Part shown: piece by piece, positions 17,994 through 28,200 of the stretch
How the letters are laid out: each line of letters starts with the position of its first letter
Position numbering within the stretch: position 1 is the first letter of the stretch
From: a virus
Strand: one strand, 5' to 3'
IMG/VR virus record: IMGVR_UViG_3300031417_000416
Length of the DNA: 64,000 bases
Notes under the pieces: generated by a model
What the model saw: the letters and a program-made list of their open reading frames with translations, nothing else
Databases searched by the model: none
Told to the model about the DNA's origin: nothing
Program-made: the position numbers and the translations under genes

Positions 17994-19274
17994 TTATCCG
18001 CCCAGACCGCCCTGTGCGAGCGAGTTCGCCCAGCTGCGGTTGCCGCGAGCGCGGCCCTTCTTCTCGGCTGCCGGTTCGGCAGCGGGAGCACCGGCGTCCG
18101 CCATCTCGGGCGACTTGGCGCCGGCCTGACGCTCCTGCTGCGGAGCCTGACGCTCCTGCTGGGGCGCCTGACGCTCCTGACGGGGCTCCTGAGCCTGCGA
18201 CTGGCCCTGCTCCTGCTTCTGCTCGGCCGACTGGCCCTGGCCGCGCGAACGGTCGGCGATCAGGCCGCGGGCGACCGCTTCCTTCTTCACCACGCCGTAG
18301 CCGCGCTCCAGCGCGACGAGCTGGCCGAACTCCGTCGGGCCGAGGCCCGCGCCGCCCGCCAGGTTCCGCTGGCGCTTCTCGCCCTCGAAACGGCTCTTGT
18401 CGCCTTCCTGATACCGGCCAGCCGCATAGAACTCGCGCGGGGTCAGGCCCTTCTCGGCGTTCAGGTCCAGCGCCTTGTTGAGGCGGATCTGAACCATCTT
18501 GTCGCGCAGCTCGTCGCGCGCGTCGCGGCTGCGTGCCAGGATGCGGGCGACCTCGACGTCGGGGGCCTTCTTGAGAGCCGACATCTGCGAGTCGTGGACC
18601 TTCTTGCTGTCGCGGCTCTGCGCCGGGTCGGGCAGCTTGAAGCCCGCGGCGTTGTCGGCCACGAAGTGACGGCCGGCAGCCCGCTCGGCGGTCGAGTCGA
18701 TCGCACGGTCGGCTTCCTGCGCCATCTGCTTGCGCTGCGCCTGGGTCAGCTTGGCCTCGGACTCCCACTGCGCCTTCGCCTCGGGGGTCTTGTACTTGTC
18801 GAAGCCTTCCTTCGAGCCGGCGACGACATGATATGCGCCGGCAGGACCGTCGTACTTGACCTCGACGCCTTCCTTCTTGCGCGACGCGACGTCACGGTCG
18901 AACTCAGCCTTGAGCGCCGTGTTCGGGTACATGCGGTCCTCGGCCGGGATCTCCTGGCCGCGCGGCGCCTTGGTCACGTTCGAGGCGAGCGACTGACGCT
19001 GCTGGAAGTCGGCGGTCTCCGCGAGACTGGCGGCCTTGGCCTCCTCGGTCGCGAACTTGCCGAACGTCTTGTCCACGTCCAGACCGGCGGGAACCTGGTC
19101 CTTGTACACGCGCCATTCGATGTTCTTGCCGTCGGGCTTGTCCCAGCCGACCATGTCCTTGTTGCCTGCCTCGACAGCGGCGGTGCGCAGCGCGCGGTTG
19201 CCGGTCTCGCCCTGCATCGTCGGATAGATCCGCGCGAAGTCGCGGCCCTCGGGAGTCTTCTGGTCGAAATCCAT
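17994..19274 (-). CDS. hypothetical protein, charged, with QQERQAP repeats near the C-terminus
   Basis: AAGGAGG RBS before MDFDQK; GC3-rich codons. Confidence 0.75.
   Translation of the reverse strand: MDFDQKTPEGRDFARIYPTMQGETGNRALRTAAVEAGNKDMVGWDKPDGKNIEWRVYKDQVPAGLDVDKTFGKFATEEAKAASLAETADFQQRQSLASNVTKAPRGQEIPAEDRMYPNTALKAEFDRDVASRKKEGVEVKYDGPAGAYHVVAGSKEGFDKYKTPEAKAQWESEAKLTQAQRKQMAQEADRAIDSTAERAAGRHFVADNAAGFKLPDPAQSRDSKKVHDSQMSALKKAPDVEVARILARSRDARDELRDKMVQIRLNKALDLNAEKGLTPREFYAAGRYQEGDKSRFEGEKRQRNLAGGAGLGPTEFGQLVALERGYGVVKKEAVARGLIADRSRGQGQSAEQKQEQGQSQAQEPRQERQAPQQERQAPQQERQAGAKSPEMADAGAPAAEPAAEKKGRARGNRSWANSLAQGGLGG
18124..18180. repeat. 21-bp coding tandem repeat (about 2.7 copies)
   Basis: GCCTGACGCTCCTGCTG core; encodes QERQAP(Q) on the minus strand. 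Confidence 0.8.
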
Positions 19275-19498
19275 CTTCTGTTCCTCCTTGGCGTCAGCAC
19301 GTGCTGCGCGTTGGCCTATACAATGGGGCTGGCAGCACGCCGTGCGCTCCCCACCTGAGATCACGAGACCGTCGGGCGTTTCCTCCGGCTTCGAAGCGAA
19401 TGGTAACACCCACCCGGAACGGGCCGCAAGTCCCACCTACCCAAAAATCTTCAGCTATCCTACAATGGTTGCGATAGCGCGATCCAGGGAACGGCTCG

Positions 19499-21703
19499 AT
19501 GAAGGTTTGGCTGACGGAAAAGTCCAGTGTAGGCAAGGCTCTGGCCCAGGTTCTGGGCAATCCCAAGAGGATTCCGGGGCAGCTGCACGGCCTCGACACG
19601 GACAACGGTAGGGTGCTGTGGGCCAAGGGGCATGTCGTCACGCTGGCGGAGCCGCACGACTACGATCCGAAGTACCAGTCATGGGCAGTGGAGCATCTGC
19701 CGTTCTTCCCCGATCGCTGGATGTTCAAGGTGATCGAGGACGCGCAGCCCTGGTACGACTGCATCGAGCGTGGCATGAAGGGGGCGTCGGAGGTCGTCGT
19801 CGCGACCGACGCCGGGCGCGAGGGCGAGTACATCGCCTGGCTGATCCTGACCAATCTCGGCTACAAGGGGCCGCTCAGCCGCATGTGGACGTCGGGCGCC
19901 AACGAGGCGTCGCTGCGCAAGGCCATCAACGAGCTCCTCCCGTACGAGACACACGGAAGGCTTGCCGTCGCGGCTCAGATCCGCGCCGAGTCCGACTATA
20001 TCGAGGGCATCAACCTGACGCGGATATTCAGCGAGAAGTTCCGTCCCGACGGTCACGACAAGCCGGTGTCAGCGGGACGCGTCCAGACCGCCGTGCTCGC
20101 GCTCGTCGTCAAGCGCGCCCGCGAGATCGAGGTCTTCAAGCCGCAGCAGTACTACGAAATCACGGCGAAGATGAACGCCGAGGGCAAGGACTTCGAGATG
20201 CACCTGCGGCCTCCCGAGGACCGTCGGATCCTCGACGTGACGCAGGCGCGCATGATCGCGCAGCAGATCATGGGCAAGACCGCGCCGATCGAGGTAAATA
20301 GGCAGGCGATGAGCCAGCGTCCGCCCTCGCTGTTCGAGAGCTCCACGCTCCAGATCCGCGCCCACAACCTATGGGGGTGGAGCGCCGCGAAGACGGAGGA
20401 AATCAGTCAGTCGCTGTACAACACGCACAAGCTGATCAGCTATCCGCGCACCAGCGGAACGCATCTCGAGGACGATCAGGTCAACGAGGTGGCGGAGACG
20501 CTGCGTAACATCTCGAACCTCGACATGACGCGCCCGACAGACCTGAAGGGCAGCGCGCAGTTCCCCGACCTGTCCGGCATGGTGCCGCAGGATCCGCTGA
20601 TACGTCCCGAAGTGTTCTCCTCCAAGCTGCTGCAGAAGTCGGGAGCCGATCATCACGGCATCATTCCCACGACCGAACGTCCGGACCTCTCCAGCGCCCC
20701 CCACCCGGGAACCGGTGACGCGAAGCACCTCAGCAGCGACGAGGGGCATCTCACGACCGAGGAGCGCCAGCTGTATCTCCTCGTCGTGAGGCAGTACCTC
20801 GCCCAGTTCCACCAGAACTGCGAGTACGAGCAGCTGACGATGTCCTGGACGAGTGGCGAGCACACGCTCACGGCGTCGGGCCGGACCATACTCAGCCCCG
20901 GATGGAAGACGCTGTTCGGCGACGCCGACGCCGCTGCCGACAAGGACGAGAAGACGATCGTGGAGGAAGATGGCGACGCCTCGCTTCCGCGGCTGCAGAA
21001 CGGCACGCCGGGAACGGCGGCGCACGCCTCCCCCATCGCAAAGACGACGCGGGCTCCCAAGGCGTTCACCGAGGCTACGCTGCTTGCGGCGATGAAGAAC
21101 CTCGCGACGGTCATCGACGATCCCGAGACCAAGCGTCTGCTCAAGGACGCCGGCGTGCTCGGGACCCAGACGACGTGGGGCTCGATGCTGAAAAAGCTGA
21201 AGGAGCGCGAGTACGTCTTCGTCAACAAGGGGCAGTTCTCGCCGTCCTCGCTCGGGCGTAGCCTGGTCGAGTTCTGCGAGAAGCACGTGCCCCAGCTTGT
21301 CAATCCGGTGTCGACGGCACGTCTGGAGATGATGCTGCGGGACGTGGAGCAGGGCGCTCTCGACCCGAACGAGGCTCGCAAGACGCTTCAGAGCCGCAAC
21401 ATCCAGTCGATCCGCATCTGCCTCGAGCTGCCCGTGTCGAAGCTCTCTCCTCCCCAGGGCAACGGCGGTCTGCGCAAGGCTGCCCGCGCCCAGGACGACA
21501 CGCGCCAGAAGCGCCCGTTCAAGCCCATCGTCGGCGAGTTCGTCGTCCTGTACGTGCCCTTCGACGACAAGGACAAGGTCAAAGCCATGGGCGCCATCTT
21601 CAACGGCGAGATCGGCAAGTGGGTCATGATGAAGGACCGGTTCCCGCAGTTCGAGGACGAGATCCGCAACGCAGGCTGGCTCGAGGAGCAGAAGGCCGCG
21701 TAG
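19499..21703 (+). CDS. topB: DNA topoisomerase III (type IA) with C-terminal DUF5710-like domain
   Basis: TEK, ATDAGREGE, SAGRVQT, active-site LISYPRT, LGTQTT; tail LYVPFDDKDKVKAMGAIF..KW. Confidence 0.9.
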   Translation: MKVWLTEKSSVGKALAQVLGNPKRIPGQLHGLDTDNGRVLWAKGHVVTLAEPHDYDPKYQSWAVEHLPFFPDRWMFKVIEDAQPWYDCIERGMKGASEVVVATDAGREGEYIAWLILTNLGYKGPLSRMWTSGANEASLRKAINELLPYETHGRLAVAAQIRAESDYIEGINLTRIFSEKFRPDGHDKPVSAGRVQTAVLALVVKRAREIEVFKPQQYYEITAKMNAEGKDFEMHLRPPEDRRILDVTQARMIAQQIMGKTAPIEVNRQAMSQRPPSLFESSTLQIRAHNLWGWSAAKTEEISQSLYNTHKLISYPRTSGTHLEDDQVNEVAETLRNISNLDMTRPTDLKGSAQFPDLSGMVPQDPLIRPEVFSSKLLQKSGADHHGIIPTTERPDLSSAPHPGTGDAKHLSSDEGHLTTEERQLYLLVVRQYLAQFHQNCEYEQLTMSWTSGEHTLTASGRTILSPGWKTLFGDADAAADKDEKTIVEEDGDASLPRLQNGTPGTAAHASPIAKTTRAPKAFTEATLLAAMKNLATVIDDPETKRLLKDAGVLGTQTTWGSMLKKLKEREYVFVNKGQFSPSSLGRSLVEFCEKHVPQLVNPVSTARLEMMLRDVEQGALDPNEARKTLQSRNIQSIRICLELPVSKLSPPQGNGGLRKAARAQDDTRQKRPFKPIVGEFVVLYVPFDDKDKVKAMGAIFNGEIGKWVMMKDRFPQFEDEIRNAGWLEEQKAA

Positions 21704-21735
21704 ACTACGCGCATCCCGTCGACGAATACCTATCC

Positions 21736-21770
21736 GCACCCCGGAGGCCATGCCTCCGGGGTGCTTCGCT
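21736..21770 (+). terminator. intrinsic terminator after topB
   Basis: Perfect 12-bp stem GCACCCCGGAGG/CCTCCGGGGTGC followed by TTCGCTTT. Confidence 0.7.
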
Positions 21771-21792
21771 TTCCACCTCCATAGGAGTGACC

Positions 21793-22647
21793 ATGACGAC
21801 CAGGAACTATCTGCGCGCCGGCGAGGTGCCGACCCTGTACGGCGACAACTCGCGCCAGTCCGACTACCAGCTGTGGAACGAGCTGATGGCGGGCGAGGAA
21901 CGCGACATGAGCGAGGGCGGCATCTGGAAGGGGCGGCTCGCCTCCGAGATCATGAAGGGCATCTGCGACGATCATGCGCTGAAGGCCGGTGCGGCGCTCA
22001 GCCCGCGCGACGCCGCCGCGGCGACGGGCGTGATGCCGTCCAAGGCCTGGCCGCTCGCGCCGAGCCTGCGCACCGAAGGCAGGGACGCCGTACTCATCGT
22101 GGACATCCGCGCATCGACCACCATGCGGGAATGGCAGGCGCCGGACCGCATGCCTGCCAAGGCGCTCCGCCGCTACAAGGCCGTGGCGTTCGCCTACGGC
22201 GTCGAGCGCGTGGTCGTAGGCGTCCTGGTGGACGGCTACAGCAGCCAGCTGTTCGTCGTCAGCCTTTCCGCCGAGGAGCGCGCCGAGATGAAGGAGCGCG
22301 TCGACGCCTTCCTGCAGTCCGTGATCGACGGCGAAGAGCCCGACCTCGACATGGATCGGGACGCACGCCAGATCCGCTCCGGCGCCGCCGTGCAGAAGGT
22401 GGCGGCCTCGGCCGAGCAGGTCGACCAGATCAGCACCGAGCGGATCGATCTCGTCAAGAAGCTCGTGCCTGCCAAGACGCAGGTCGGACAGTACGAGGCG
22501 CGCATCTCCCAGATCGACACCATGCTCATCGCAATGGCCGGAACAAAAGAAAAACTAGAGACTCCGGCGCACGTCGTCGATATAACCCGGGACGCCAAAG
22601 GCACCCCGAAGGTGACGGTCGTGAAAAAGGGGCAGTCCCTCTTCTGA
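21793..22647 (+). CDS. YqaJ-like (lambda-exonuclease family) protein, catalytically degenerate
   Basis: RNYLRAGEVPTLYG..SDYQLWNELMAG N-terminus and W...P...VVVGVLVDG...AFLQSV..GEEP C-terminus follow YqaJ; E-x-K replaced by D-I-R. Confidence 0.55.
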   Translation: MTTRNYLRAGEVPTLYGDNSRQSDYQLWNELMAGEERDMSEGGIWKGRLASEIMKGICDDHALKAGAALSPRDAAAATGVMPSKAWPLAPSLRTEGRDAVLIVDIRASTTMREWQAPDRMPAKALRRYKAVAFAYGVERVVVGVLVDGYSSQLFVVSLSAEERAEMKERVDAFLQSVIDGEEPDLDMDRDARQIRSGAAVQKVAASAEQVDQISTERIDLVKKLVPAKTQVGQYEARISQIDTMLIAMAGTKEKLETPAHVVDITRDAKGTPKVTVVKKGQSLF

Positions 22648-22702
22648 TCGATCCGATCCTGAAACCGGCCCATCGGGTCAACCCCTCAGGGAGTATCACG
22701 AT

Positions 22703-24088
22703 ATGAACGACATGACGTACCGCTATTGCCCCGTCGATCTGGCCAAGAGCCTCGACGCCGACATCCATCCCTGGCTGCTGTCCGAGCGCGAGGGCGGCAA
22801 CAAGACCAAGCTCTCGTACGTGAAGGTCGACATCCTCACGGACACCCTCAACAAGCTGTTCGGTCCGCTTGGCTGGGGCGTCGAGGCCGAGATCCAGAAG
22901 ATGGAGGACTTCCAGTACGACAAGCCGGGCTACCAGGGCGCGGCGTCGAGCGAGATGTACGTGTTCCAGGTCATCTCGCAGGTGAAGCTGACCATCAAGC
23001 CGCAGACCGACGGCGGCACGCCGACCGTCTTCATCCAGTCCGGCATCGGCTACGGCGAGGTGAAGGTCAACGCGCATCGCAAGGACGCGGTCGGCATGGC
23101 GGTCAAGGGCGCCGAAAGCGACGGACTCAAGCGCTGCTGCAACTTCCTCGGTCGCGCGCTCGGCATGTTCCTAGTCGGCGGCAAGCAGGACCCGGTGATG
23201 TATGCGCACAACGGCAACCGCAACGCCTCGGTCGTGAGCCGCGCCAAGCGCGACCGCGACGACTACGAGGACAGCCGGCGCAGCCGCGGACGGCGCGACG
23301 ACCATGACGACAGCGGCGATCGCGGCGGCAGGGACGACGGCCGCTCCGAGGGGCGTGAGCGCGACAGTCGCGGCGGTGGCGAGGGGCGTCGTCAGGAGAC
23401 GCAGGACCGCGACGAGCGTCCGCGCGATGAACGTCCGCGCGATGAACGTCCACGTGACGAGCGTCCGCATGACGAGCGTCCGCGTGGCGACCGTCAGGGG
23501 ACCGAGCGTTCGGAGGGCGGCCGTACGCGCGACGAGCAGCCTCGCGACGACCGCGGCCGTGACGACCGACCTCGCGACGATCGCCAGGGCGAGGGGCGTC
23601 AGGGGGGCGACCGTCAGGCCGACGATCACGGCCGCGAGGAGCAGGCCCGCGACGGCAAGGGCGGCGACGGTGGATCGCGCGACCGTGCCGAGGCCGCTCC
23701 CCGCAAGGACGAGCCGCAGGACGCCGGGCGCGGTGCCGACGCTCCGTCGGGAGAGGAGCCTGAGACGTCCTCGCGTCGTCGGCCGGCCTCGCGCGGCGCG
23801 ACCGAAGCCGGCAAGGACGAGGCCGTCGAGAAGGGCAAGCCCGAGGTGAAGGGAGTGCGCAAGGCCAATACGAACTACGATCTGCGCAAGGTTCCCGTCA
23901 CCAGGGAGAACCAGCAGGACTTCGGCGCGACCTTCATCAAGCAGATGGAGGGCATGCGTCAGGCCGAGGATCAGGTCACGATGGTCAAGAACTACGCGCA
24001 GCGCATCAACGAGCTCGATCCGGACGTGCGCGCCCTGGTCGTCGCCCGCCTGCGCGAGCGGAACGTCGACGTGACGCTGCTCGACTGA
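22703..24088 (+). CDS. Rad52/22 (Sak)-family single-strand annealing protein with long R/D/E-rich disordered region
   Basis: LSYV...LNKLFGPLGW, GIGYG, AVKGAESDGLKRCCNFLGRALG. Confidence 0.85.
   Translation: MNDMTYRYCPVDLAKSLDADIHPWLLSEREGGNKTKLSYVKVDILTDTLNKLFGPLGWGVEAEIQKMEDFQYDKPGYQGAASSEMYVFQVISQVKLTIKPQTDGGTPTVFIQSGIGYGEVKVNAHRKDAVGMAVKGAESDGLKRCCNFLGRALGMFLVGGKQDPVMYAHNGNRNASVVSRAKRDRDDYEDSRRSRGRRDDHDDSGDRGGRDDGRSEGRERDSRGGGEGRRQETQDRDERPRDERPRDERPRDERPHDERPRGDRQGTERSEGGRTRDEQPRDDRGRDDRPRDDRQGEGRQGGDRQADDHGREEQARDGKGGDGGSRDRAEAAPRKDEPQDAGRGADAPSGEEPETSSRRRPASRGATEAGKDEAVEKGKPEVKGVRKANTNYDLRKVPVTRENQQDFGATFIKQMEGMRQAEDQVTMVKNYAQRINELDPDVRALVVARLRERNVDVTLLD
23411..23485 (+). repeat. 15-bp coding tandem repeat x5 (DERPR)
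   Basis: GAYGARCGTCC-N4 units at 23411, 23426, 23441, 23456, 23471. Confidence 0.9.
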
Positions 24089-24116
24089 CTACCTACCAGC
24101 GACTGAAAGGACCGCC

Positions 24117-25142
24117 ATGCTAGTAACCGAATGGTCGGCCAAGGACGTCGCCAACCTCCTCTCCAGACCCGGACGCGGCAAGGCCAAGCCTTCCGGCCGG
24201 GGCTGGAAGGTGTGCTGCCCCGCGCATGACGACCGCACCCCGTCGCTCCAGCTGGACGACGGGACTGCGGGCCTCATCTGGCACTGCTTCGGGGGATGCG
24301 ATTCCCGCTCGGTGTTCGACTCGCTGCGAGCCGTCCTGTCCGGACAGAACGCGCCGACGCCGCTCACCAGGACCGAGCGCAAGGTAAAGCCCAAGGCCGA
24401 GGACGATCCCTTCACGCAGATCACGCCGGTGCCGGATACCGTGGCCGTGTCGATCGACGACTTCTATCACTTCGAGTACGGGTCGCCCGCCAACGTCTGG
24501 ACCTACCGCAACGCGGACGGCTCGCTCTACGGCTGGGTGTGCCGGTACAACATGAAGGACGGACACAAGGAGATAATCCCCTGGCTCTGGGGGCACGACA
24601 GGGCGAAGGGGAAGGACATGTTCAGGATGAAGGGCTTTCCCGAGCCCCGACCGCTGTACAATCTCCACCGGATAGCCGCCAGCGCCGACGCGCCACAGAT
24701 GCCGCCGATCCTCTACAACGAGGGAGAGAAGGACGCCGACGCGTCGGGAGCCCTGTTTCCCAACTGGATCCCGACGACGCCGCAGGGCGGCGCCAAGGCA
24801 TGGCACAAGTCAGACCATTCGCCACTCAGGGGACGACTGGTGATCCGGGCGCCCGACAACGACGGTCCGGGCTACGACATGGCTCTGGAGATGGAGCAGC
24901 TCTACGGTATACCCGTGCGCGATCTCCGGATCCTGCGCTTTCCGACGCACGTGCGCCCCCGCAACGGCGTGCTCGTCCCGGAACCCTACGTCATCGGCGA
25001 CGGATGGGGCGCGGCCGACCACGTCCGCGAGGGCTGGACCCACGGGCTTCTCAAGGAAGCCGTGAGGACGTCGCCGCACCCGCTCGTCGACACGGTCAGA
25101 AAGCTCGGGACGCCGTTCGAACCTATCGATTTCGAGGACTGA
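24117..25142 (+). CDS. zinc-binding domain + TOPRIM primase-like protein
   Basis: CCPAHDDRTPSL...WHCFGGC; NEGEKDADA, GGAKAW, APDNDGPG. Confidence 0.75.
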   Translation: MLVTEWSAKDVANLLSRPGRGKAKPSGRGWKVCCPAHDDRTPSLQLDDGTAGLIWHCFGGCDSRSVFDSLRAVLSGQNAPTPLTRTERKVKPKAEDDPFTQITPVPDTVAVSIDDFYHFEYGSPANVWTYRNADGSLYGWVCRYNMKDGHKEIIPWLWGHDRAKGKDMFRMKGFPEPRPLYNLHRIAASADAPQMPPILYNEGEKDADASGALFPNWIPTTPQGGAKAWHKSDHSPLRGRLVIRAPDNDGPGYDMALEMEQLYGIPVRDLRILRFPTHVRPRNGVLVPEPYVIGDGWGAADHVREGWTHGLLKEAVRTSPHPLVDTVRKLGTPFEPIDFED

Positions 25143-25262
25143 TACGCCTGCAGAGTCACAGTGATTTTAGGATGGGAGGAAAATATTTTACGAACGGCAC
25201 TTGCGTAGCCGATTCGAGACTGTGACAATTCGCCTCAGACATCCAGCAGGAGCGTATATAGC

Positions 25263-28200
25263 ATGTCGTCCTACAGCTACACTGACTGGGCCCAGCTCAG
25301 CGAGAATGACAAGAAGAACCTCCCGGGGGTCTCGATCCCGCGCGACCACAAGCTCAACAACCCCAACCGGGGCGTGTACTGGAGCCCGGAGACGTCGGCG
25401 CAGGCGCTGTCCGCTCACCTCGAGCAGATGCTGACCCACCCCGAGGACGCCATCCGCCAGCAGACCTTCAACGAGCTGCGCGGCGTCGCTGACGACGCCT
25501 TCCGCTCCTCGCGTCTGGTCGAGCGCGCGATGAACGTGCGTCGTGACGACGCCAACCGCGCCAGCGACGGCTACGCCGGCTTCATGGACGACACCCAGCT
25601 GACGCTGCTCGCCGACATCCAGAAGGACGTCTCGGTCATCCAGAAGGAGGCGCGTGCGCTCGGCCTCGACCCGATCGAGAACTCCAAGCGTGCGATGAAC
25701 ATCGCCTCTGGCCATGCCGTCGGCTTCGACATGGCCTCCGCCGAGGCCTCGTTCGCCAGGACCGGCCTGTCGATCGGCCCGGTCGAGACCATGAAGGACT
25801 CGGCTCGCCAGCTCAACAACTCGCTCTCGAACCGCGATCTCGACGCCATGGACATGGTCGAGTCGATCGGACGTTCGCGCAGCTTCGACGAGGACAGCCG
25901 CGACGAGCATCGCCGCATGGCCGACGTCATGAAGTCGATCCCGCTCGCGCTCGACTACGCGCAGCTGGCGACCGAGAACAATCCGTCGTTCCGCATGGAA
26001 ACGGCGGCCGAGGCGAGCGTCATGGAGACGCTGTCGCGCCAGGTCATGAAGTGGGAGACGCTGCCGGAGCGCGAGACCGTCCACGAGGCGTTCTCCGCAT
26101 GGCGCGACGCCGGCGTCGCCGAGTCGCCGTTCTCCAAGGACATCCCGCAGACCGTCGCCGTCATCGTCGGCGCGGGTCCGCAGGCTGCCGAGAACCTCGC
26201 CGACATGCTCGAGACGATCCGCGGCGATCAGCGCATGGGCGACCGTGACGTCACGATCCTGGCCGTCGAGCCGGACAAGGACTTCTACGACACGCTCAAG
26301 GAGCATGGCCGTCCGACCATCGAGGTCGTGGCGCTCGCCAGCACCAACGGCGTGTACGTCGACGCGCGCAACCAGGGCGAGGGCAAGGGCGATGACCCGA
26401 CCATCGAGCTGATGACGCTCAACCGCGAGGAGGCTCACGATCCGATCCGCCGCTCGCTCAGCGCGAACGCGCTGGTCGCGCGCGCCGCGACCGTCGCCTA
26501 CGTGCAGGGCGCCAACATGACGGTGGCGGAGGCGCAGGCCCTCCACATCGCCGGCACCGCGCGCAAGCTGTCGCTCGGCATCGACCGCGACGGCGAGAAG
26601 ATGGACGGCCAGGCTCTCGCTCGGGCGCGCGCCACCGCGATCTCGATCGACAAGAAGGACGATCCGCAGCGCTACTACACCGCAGGCCTGGCGCGTCCCG
26701 CCGACGGCATCTACGGCGTGGCGTTCGAGGCGTCGCGCTTCGCCGACCGCGGTCATGCCAAGCACGCTCCGGGTCAGGACATCATGGGCGACGCCTATGA
26801 CCGCGTGCCCAAGCACGCCACGATCTGGGCCGTCGACCAGCAGGAGAACGCCAACGTCCGCTGGCTGCAGGAGAACGCCACCGAGCGCACCATCCTGTAC
26901 GCCGAGGCCAAGCGCACCCTGTCCTTCTCGACCGTGGCCGGCATGGGCCTCGAGCGCCAGAAGGTCCGCACCCGCGAGGCCGGCACGGACATCACGATCT
27001 ATGACCGTCCGCGCGACCAGCGCGAGTACGAGATCGATCCGGCCACCGGCAAGGAGCGCTGCCTGACGCGTCCGCTGCAGCTCAACTCGTCGCGCGAAGC
27101 GTCGCCCGAGGAGAACGAGCAGGTCATGATCGACCGTCGCAAGATGCGCGGCGCGATCGTGCTCGTCACCGGCAGCGCCCACGACAAGGGCACCCTGAAC
27201 ACCAGCGCCCAGGAGGTGAAGGTGGCCCAGGAGGCCGTGGCCGACCGTGCGCACACGTTCGTGATCCTCAGCGACGCCAAGCACCCGGCGCTGTCCAAGG
27301 ACATGCACATGGCCCACATGACGCGTCTCGCCTACGAGACGAACAAGAAGGCCACGTTCATCAACGGCGACGGCAGCGAGATGCCGCTTGACGAGGCGCG
27401 CCGTCACACCACGCGCCTGGGTCCGAACCAGGAGGACGCGATCAACCTGAAGTTCGACGAGCGCATGCGGAAGATCGACAAGGACAACCGTCCGAAGGCA
27501 TCGTCCGACTACGCGCTCGACAGCGACGAGGGCCGTCTGGCGCTCGCGGCGCTGCCGGGCATGGATGCCCGTCGCGCGGCTGCCATCGCCTCCACGGAGG
27601 AGCTGGCAACCCTGACGATCAAGGAGGTCGCGACGAACCACGATCCGGAATTCCACCGTCAGCTTCACCAGGTGGTGCTGCGCGGTCCGGACGGACAGCC
27701 CGAGCTGGGCTCGAACGGCAAGGAGATTCCCGCCATGCCGGCCGAGACCCTGCGCGTCATCAACGACAAGGGCGAGTGGGCGACGGCTCTCGATCGCGCC
27801 GAGGCGATCACCGCCGAGACGAACAAGTTCGGCATGACCGTCTACCACCCGGACGAGCAGATGCACCCGCTGAAGCTGGTCAACGGACCCGACTATCAGC
27901 CCAAGAGCGTGATGATCGAGCACACGGCCAACCCCGATGCGTTCGACTTCTCGCAGCTCAAGCTGGCGGCGTTCATCGGTGGCAGCCAGTCGTACAACGA
28001 GCCGGGCGAGCTGCGCCGTCGCGAGGACGCGCGTCGCGAGATGGAGGACAAGCTGAAGGGCGTCACTGCCGACACGCTGGCCACCGAGGAGGGCCGCAAG
28101 ACCCGTGACGACGCGATCTCGTCGTACCGGGAGGCGGTCCGCGACACGCACGCGAGCCGCGATCCGGGCGAGAAGGTCGACCGCGAGCAGCTGCGTGCGG

